From an uncultured bacterium (lineage in GTDB: Bacteria > Babelota > Babeliae > Babelales > Babelaceae): 64,000 nt of DNA. The stretch is taken from positions 704,001-768,000 of the forward strand of contig CAWKFG010000004.1 of the NCBI GenBank assembly GCA_963848965.1, read 5' to 3'. The notes under the pieces were generated by a model that saw nothing but the letters and a program-made list of their open reading frames with translations, was not told the origin of the DNA and did not search any database. Of the stretch, positions 58,332 to 64,000 are shown in pieces. The position numbers were made by a program, and so were the translations under genes. Position 1 is the stretch's first letter. Every line of letters starts with the position of its first letter.

Positions 58332-59300
58332 ATGAACGAAAATGATATGCTTGCACAAGAAAGCACTCGCTTTCAAAAATTAACCGAAGAAGTAAGTAAA
58401 GTTATTGTAGGTCAACAAGAAACGATTACCTTTATGCTTCTTGGTATTCTTTGCCAAGGACACATTCTATTGGAAGGTGTTCCCGGAGTTGCTAAAACTA
58501 CTATGATTAAAGCGCTTACAAAGGCCATGAATCTAAGCTTTAAGCGTATTCAATTTACTCCGGACTTGTTGCCTTCAGACCTTATTGGTACTCTTATTTA
58601 CAACCCTAAAACGCAAGAGTTTGAAACGAAACAAGGCCCTATTTTTGCTAATCTTATTTTAGCAGATGAAATTAACCGAGCTCCTGCAAAAGTACAATCT
58701 GCTCTTTTAGAAGCTATGCAAGAACAACAAGTTACCATAGGATCAACAACGTTCAAACTTGATAAACCATTCTTAGTCTTTGCAACACAAAATCCCCTTG
58801 AGCAAGAAGGTACCTATCGATTGCCAGAAGCGCAAGTAGATCGCTTTATGTTCAAATTGCTTATTGGATACCCTACTATGGCTCAAGAGAAAGAGATTAT
58901 CGAAAAGTCTCATAATATTGATACTATCGAGCCAGTACTTTCAAAAGAGGATATTTTTGCAGCACAAGACCTTGTAGCAAAAGTGTACTGTGACCAAAAA
59001 ATTATTGATTATATCGTATCCTTAGTATTTGCTACCAGAACTCCTGAGCTTTTTAAGTTACAAGAGATAAAAAAATATATAGCATATGGCGTTTCTCCAC
59101 GTGCAACGCTTGCACTATACGCAGCTTCGCGTGCTTATGCATTTTTAAAAAAGCGTCCGTTTATTACACCAGATGATGTAAAAGCAGTGGCGCTACCTAT
59201 ACTACGTCACCGCCTTGTACTATCATATGAAGCAGAAGCTGAGGGAATAAGCGCAGATACTATTATTAACAAAATAATAGCAACAGTACCAACACCGTAA
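58332..59300 (+). CDS. MoxR family AAA ATPase
   Basis: GHILLEGVPGVAKT, RIQFTPDLLPSD, LADEINRAPAKVQSALLEAM, ATQNPLEQEGTY.LPEAQ.DRF, GVSPRA. Confidence 0.95.
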   Translation: MNENDMLAQESTRFQKLTEEVSKVIVGQQETITFMLLGILCQGHILLEGVPGVAKTTMIKALTKAMNLSFKRIQFTPDLLPSDLIGTLIYNPKTQEFETKQGPIFANLILADEINRAPAKVQSALLEAMQEQQVTIGSTTFKLDKPFLVFATQNPLEQEGTYRLPEAQVDRFMFKLLIGYPTMAQEKEIIEKSHNIDTIEPVLSKEDIFAAQDLVAKVYCDQKIIDYIVSLVFATRTPELFKLQEIKKYIAYGVSPRATLALYAASRAYAFLKKRPFITPDDVKAVALPILRHRLVLSYEAEAEGISADTIINKIIATVPTP

Positions 59301-59386
59301 ATTTCAGAAATCCATAAGTTGATCTTGACAAAATCTTATGAAGAGGAGAGTATTGTGTCATGTTTCTGACCACAAAAAGGAAGTAA

Positions 59387-60514
59387 ATGAGAAGCCCCTT
59401 ATGGATTTTAAATAGTATATTTTTGATCCTTGTACTTACCATAGTAGGATATATTATGTATTCCTGGAGAGCGGTTACCGAGGTTCCACCACGAGTTCCT
59501 TTAAAAACTGGAGCTCCTTCTGAGCCTACCAGACGAGAAGGCGTAAAACCAAAAGATATACAATTTATTTATTCAGAAGGAGATCTCTTTTCAACGTATC
59601 AACCGGTTATTATTCCTCCAAAACCACTAGAGACTCTTCCGGTGCTTCCTCCGCCTCCTCCTAATAAACCGGTAGTATCACAACCAAAACCTACTATACA
59701 ATTTTTAGATCCTTTACCAATTAAAATTACTGGTATCATAGCTTCTACCAATGAGGCAAAGTCACAGGTAACTATAGTAAACACGAATACAAAGAAAACA
59801 GAGTCCTATCGTGTTGGCGATAAAATCTTTGATGCTTATGTAGTACGAATATTCCCTAAAAAAGTTATGCTCATCAGATCAAATGGCCAACAAGAAACAT
59901 TGTATATGTATCCAGCAGATGCTCAAGCTGATATAAAAGCATTACAAGAATCTTCATGGGCTGATGTCATTCAAAAACAGTCAGATACATCGTACTTGGT
60001 AAATCCAAAGGCATTTATCTCGCGCATTGGCAATCTTGCACAGCTTATTGAAATGCTTGACCTTACAAGTGCATTCAGGCGTGGTGAAAGTATTGGATGC
60101 CGTGTTGGCAAAATGGACACTAAATCAATAGGATATGCACTAGGATTCTTGCCAGGAGATATTGTTACAAACATCAATAGTATAATACCAAGCACTACTA
60201 CAAATCGTATAAAGATTTATAATGCACTTTCTGAACTTGATCTTGGAGCACAAGTAAAAGTTCAAATACTGAGAAAAGGGCGCACAATTACTCATGAATA
60301 TACCCTCTTTGCTGTAGGTCAACCTACAGAAACACCACAAGCAAGCACTCTTACTGCTGATGCAGAAGAAGTAAAAGCAAAATACTATAAGAACCTTCAG
60401 GAGAAATATAAGCATACAGCTGATATTCAACAGCTTAAAAGACATGAAAAATTTGCAATGGAACACTATGGAAGTAGACAAGCGGTTCTTAAACGAGTAC
60501 CACTTACAAGTTAG
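59387..60514 (+). CDS. gspC: Type II secretion system protein C-like (TM, Pro-rich linker, HR and PDZ domains)
   Basis: N-terminal TM, KITGII...YRVGDKI..IFPKKVML..NGQQETL, PDZ-like LGFLPGDIVTNIN; upstream of a secretin. Confidence 0.75.
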   Translation: MRSPLWILNSIFLILVLTIVGYIMYSWRAVTEVPPRVPLKTGAPSEPTRREGVKPKDIQFIYSEGDLFSTYQPVIIPPKPLETLPVLPPPPPNKPVVSQPKPTIQFLDPLPIKITGIIASTNEAKSQVTIVNTNTKKTESYRVGDKIFDAYVVRIFPKKVMLIRSNGQQETLYMYPADAQADIKALQESSWADVIQKQSDTSYLVNPKAFISRIGNLAQLIEMLDLTSAFRRGESIGCRVGKMDTKSIGYALGFLPGDIVTNINSIIPSTTTNRIKIYNALSELDLGAQVKVQILRKGRTITHEYTLFAVGQPTETPQASTLTADAEEVKAKYYKNLQEKYKHTADIQQLKRHEKFAMEHYGSRQAVLKRVPLTS

Positions 60515-60525
60515 ATAGTAGTATT

Positions 60526-63500
60526 ATGAAAACAAACAAAAAAAGCATATTTTTAGTTTTACTTGCACCCTTTTTAAGTGCTGGTTTCTTATTAAGAGCT
60601 CAGGCTCCTGATGCACGGAAAAAGCAAGCACAAGCAGCTCAAACTGCTGCTGCAGTAAAAAAGCAGCAAGCAACGGCTCCTGCAGCTCCTCAACCATCTG
60701 CACCAGCTCCTAGTACAACAGTAACTACAACAGTTACTCAACCAGCAAAGCCTCCTACAGCACCAACAACTACTGCTGTTACAACCACACAAACTGCAGC
60801 CACAGCACCCACCCCCGCTGACACTAAAACTAAAGCTGCAACAGATGGAACATCAACAGTTACTACTACACAGGTTACTACTGATACAACTCCTACCGAT
60901 GCTAAAGCTAAAGCAGCAGATGAAGCTCCAGCAGTTACTACAACCACACAAATTACTGCTACAACACCTGCAGACAAAGCAAAAATAGACGCTGCAACTG
61001 CAGCAACACCTGTAGCTGTTACAACTACACAAACTGTAGATACAGCTTCTACAGATAAAGCAAAAGCAGATGCTGCAGCTTTAGGAGCACCTCCAGCAGA
61101 GGCACTACCTGTACCTTCAGTACCCCCTACAGAAGCAGTACCTCCAGTAAGCACTGCTCTAGAGCCAGTTACCGGTCCAACAGCTCCTGTGACAGCGACA
61201 GCACAAACAGTAACTGTGCCACTAGTAGTGCCTGCAGCTCCAATTTCTGCTGCAGAACTAGCTACCGTTCCACCCATAGCTCCTGCTCCTGTGATAACAC
61301 CAACACAAGCAGTAACTGTTCCACCAGTAGTGCCTGCAGCTCCAATCCCTGCTGCAGAGCCAGCTGTTGTACCGCCAGCTCCTGCTCCTGTAATAATACC
61401 AACTCAAGCAGCACAAGCTCCAGCAGAAAAAGTAAAAGCAGAAATTGCTGCTCTACCAGCACCAGTTCCAGCAGGCCCTAGAACTCCTGTTACTATCACT
61501 CCAAAAGAAGCAGAAACTGGTATCACTCCTGTACGACGTAGAGCAGGAAGAAGACGACGGCCTGCAATAAGCATCATTGACACACCTAAAACTCCAGAAG
61601 AGAAAAGGGTTATAGAGCAAGCACTTGCAGTTCCTGAAACTGGGATTATTGAAGAACAAAAAAAAGAAGCTGATGTTTCTTTAAAAAAATTAAAGGCAGC
61701 AGGAGAAGTATTTCTTTCTCAATATACTGCTCCCTGGCAAGGATTTGATACACAAGAAACCGTCGAAATGAATTTTGAAAATAAAGAACTCAGCGCTCTT
61801 CTTAAATTTTTAGAAGACAATCTTAATATAACCTTCATTCTCGACGACTATATAGAACCTCAAAGAGTTGATGGTACTCAACCTTTAGCAGGTACTAAAA
61901 TATCATTTAGATCAAATGTTCCTCTTACTTTACGGCAAGTATGGGAACTGGGTACCACCTTCCTTGAAATGGCAGGATTTTCAATAATTCCAACAACATT
62001 ACCGCGCACTTATCGTGTAACTCTCAGTGCTTCTAAAGATAAACCTTCTGCTAACAGAGAACCATTACCAACATTCATAGGCACTCAGCCTGACATTCTT
62101 CCTGATAGTGACCTTAAAATTAGGTACGTCTATTTTGCTGAAAATGCAGAATTAACGACTATAAGTCAAATTGTAGAAGCACTCAAAAGTGGCTCTGCAG
62201 GACCTCTTATAGAGTTTCCACAGCTACGCGCTGTTATGATAACTGATAAATCTGCAAATATTAAATCTCTTGTCCAAATATTACAAGAAATTGATCGTGT
62301 AACATTGCCAGAAACTCTTGCAATTATCAGACTTAAGCATACTGATGCCCGAAATGTTCGAGAGCTTTATTATAAGCTTATTGGTAAGGACCCACAAAAT
62401 CCTGTATTTAATCCTTTTGGACGGCAACGTAAGCTAACAACCACACAATATTTTAGTGAAGCTACACGAGTATTTGAAGAGCCACGAACCAACTCGCTTA
62501 TTGTACTTGGTACTCGAGAAAATATTAAACGTTTTGAAGATTTTGTTGTAAAACAAATAGACCGGACACTTGATCTTCCATTCTCACCGCTTCATATTAT
62601 TCAGCTACGGTATATTGATGCTGCTTCAATAGCAAAAATTCTTAATGATGTTATTCAGAAGTTCAATGCAGATCCTGCTAACGCAGCAGCTGCTGCAGTT
62701 GGTGGCGTACGAGACTTTAACAAATTCTTTAGACCAAGCGTACGTATTACTGAAGAGCCAAGTGGAAATAGACTTATTATTAATGCCGATTATGATGAAT
62801 ATCTTAAATTGCGCAAAATCATAGAAGATCTTGATGTTGAACAACCACAAGTAGCAATCAAAGTACTTATCTTAAACGTCGATTTAACTGATGATAAAGA
62901 GTTTGGAACACAGTTACGCAATAGTATTCAATGTTGTGATGGTACTGGCGGTACAACAAGTATCCTTGGTCCAAATATCAACTTCCAGTCAGCACAGTTA
63001 GGACCTGTTATTACCCGTGATACTGCAGGTACTCCACCGCAACCAGTCAACGGAGCAGAGCGGCTTTTAGGTAACCTCATTAATCTTGCAAGTAGTTCGC
63101 AGATAGGAAGTACCCTTGTTACTCTTGGAAAAGATATCTTTGGTTTCTGGGGCCTCTTTAGAGCTCTTGAACGATTGACACGTGTAAGTGTTGTTGCTAA
63201 TCCATTCTTGGTAACAACACATAAGTACAAAGCCGAAGTTAAAGTTGGTGAAATTCGACGGGTAGAAACTGCAATTGTACAAGGACAAACGGCAACAGAA
63301 GCAACTGGTGATTTAGAAGCTAGTCTTCGTGTTGTTATCACTCCACAGATTAGCTATGATGATATGGTAACCCTCACTATTTACATAGAGTTAAGCCAAT
63401 TCTCTGGAGAAGATCTTGGTCTTGGGCCAACACGATTTGTAAGAAAAGTAAGTACAGAAGCACTTCTTGCTAATCGTGAAGTGCTTGCAGTAGGCGGTCT

Positions 63501-63954
63501 CATTCGAGATATCGTTGCAGAAGACGAGACAAAAGTACCACTTCTTGGTGACATTCCTGGAATAGGATGGCTCTTTAAATCAAAATCTAAATCTGTAACG
63601 AGAACGAGCCTTCTCATTCTTATATCTCCCGAGATTATTAAGCCACTTGAGCCTGAAGTTGCACAACGGTATACCTATACCAAAATCAATGATGCAAAAC
63701 AGACGCTTTATGAAATGCGTAATAAAACGAATCTTCGTGATCCAATTCACCGTTGGTTCTTTAATGAACATAAAGAGAAAGAAGCAAGTGCTATCGATAA
63801 GTTTGTAAGTATTCAACAGCGCTATGTCGATGAGAGCCAAAAACAGGCTGCTCGTGTTGTAGCTGTTAATGACCAAAAACAGGCACAGCCTAAAAAGGAT
63901 AGCCTTCTTGACTTTATCGATTCCCATACACCGCACGAGGGAGTAAAAACATGA
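60526..63954 (+). CDS. gspD: Type II secretion secretin GspD with long Ala/Thr/Pro-rich N-terminal extension
   Basis: N-domain motifs (PRTNSLIVLG, GNRLII), LDV..PQVAIK, ANPFLVT, ITPQI, VGGLI, KVPLLGDIPGIGWLFK, LLILISPEII. Confidence 0.88.
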   Translation: MKTNKKSIFLVLLAPFLSAGFLLRAQAPDARKKQAQAAQTAAAVKKQQATAPAAPQPSAPAPSTTVTTTVTQPAKPPTAPTTTAVTTTQTAATAPTPADTKTKAATDGTSTVTTTQVTTDTTPTDAKAKAADEAPAVTTTTQITATTPADKAKIDAATAATPVAVTTTQTVDTASTDKAKADAAALGAPPAEALPVPSVPPTEAVPPVSTALEPVTGPTAPVTATAQTVTVPLVVPAAPISAAELATVPPIAPAPVITPTQAVTVPPVVPAAPIPAAEPAVVPPAPAPVIIPTQAAQAPAEKVKAEIAALPAPVPAGPRTPVTITPKEAETGITPVRRRAGRRRRPAISIIDTPKTPEEKRVIEQALAVPETGIIEEQKKEADVSLKKLKAAGEVFLSQYTAPWQGFDTQETVEMNFENKELSALLKFLEDNLNITFILDDYIEPQRVDGTQPLAGTKISFRSNVPLTLRQVWELGTTFLEMAGFSIIPTTLPRTYRVTLSASKDKPSANREPLPTFIGTQPDILPDSDLKIRYVYFAENAELTTISQIVEALKSGSAGPLIEFPQLRAVMITDKSANIKSLVQILQEIDRVTLPETLAIIRLKHTDARNVRELYYKLIGKDPQNPVFNPFGRQRKLTTTQYFSEATRVFEEPRTNSLIVLGTRENIKRFEDFVVKQIDRTLDLPFSPLHIIQLRYIDAASIAKILNDVIQKFNADPANAAAAAVGGVRDFNKFFRPSVRITEEPSGNRLIINADYDEYLKLRKIIEDLDVEQPQVAIKVLILNVDLTDDKEFGTQLRNSIQCCDGTGGTTSILGPNINFQSAQLGPVITRDTAGTPPQPVNGAERLLGNLINLASSSQIGSTLVTLGKDIFGFWGLFRALERLTRVSVVANPFLVTTHKYKAEVKVGEIRRVETAIVQGQTATEATGDLEASLRVVITPQISYDDMVTLTIYIELSQFSGEDLGLGPTRFVRKVSTEALLANREVLAVGGLIRDIVAEDETKVPLLGDIPGIGWLFKSKSKSVTRTSLLILISPEIIKPLEPEVAQRYTYTKINDAKQTLYEMRNKTNLRDPIHRWFFNEHKEKEASAIDKFVSIQQRYVDESQKQAARVVAVNDQKQAQPKKDSLLDFIDSHTPHEGVKT
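61210..61410 (+). repeat. In-frame tandem repeat (period about 102 bp) within gspD
   Basis: VTVPLVVPAAPISAAELATVPPIAPAPVITPTQA / VTVPPVVPAAPIPAAEPAVVPPAPAPVIIPTQA. Confidence 0.8.
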
Positions 63955-64000
63955 TAAGAAACATATTTATTCCTGAGAAAATTGGTTCTTATTACCTTTT
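63951..64000 (+). CDS. Start of next gene in the secretion operon (partial)
   Basis: ATGA overlap with the gspD stop, GAGGGAG RBS; MIRNIFIPEKIGSYYL; product cannot be determined from this fragment. Confidence 0.55.
   Translation, partial: MIRNIFIPEKIGSYYL

Noticed and set aside
58332..59300. MoxR-DUF58-vWA operon
   Set aside because: No DUF58 or vWA gene adjacent; a functional link to gspC/gspD cannot be supported from adjacency alone.
60738..61277. 179-aa minus-strand ORF
   Set aside because: Antisense shadow of the low-complexity GCN/ACN-rich gspD region.
1..64000. tRNA, rRNA, prophage, integrase or reverse transcriptase genes
   Set aside because: No recognisable motifs found by eye; the many other short ORFs in the track are antisense or out-of-frame shadows of longer genes.

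Overview
AT-rich bacterial chromosome segment. The gene content (very long secreted ankyrin-repeat proteins, six dispersed AAA-ATPase/PD-(D/E)XK genes, eukaryote-like domains, sparse core metabolism) fits an obligate intracellular parasite of protists, most plausibly Babeliae/Dependentiae (TM6); this is inference, with no marker gene in the window. Core genes are an NhaC-family antiporter, a polar amino-acid ABC transporter, uvrC, clpB, tpiA, secG, mlaEF, a MoxR ATPase and T2SS-like gspC/gspD. Main leads: (1) 12 predicted secreted proteins, including all six with ankyrin repeats, have Met exactly at the predicted signal-peptide +1 position, unlike likely envelope-resident proteins, suggesting a host-adapted effector N-terminus rule; (2) a secreted cluster of two paralogous proteins with ADP-ribosyltransferase-like motif order (one fused to an HD hydrolase) beside a metallophosphoesterase; (3) two convergent giant ankyrin proteins sharing NLS-like N-termini and a C-terminal module ending PALFK; (4) DUF4143 ATPase genes with operator- or iteron-like upstream repeats, one flanked by a duplicated 3' end of the neighbouring gene; (5) a 341-bp non-autonomous IS200/IS605 element next to a duplicated effector block bounded by an exact 29-bp direct repeat; (6) two candidate small RNAs. 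No rRNA, tRNA or CRISPR array was recognised. All domain calls were made by eye from motifs; no searches were run.
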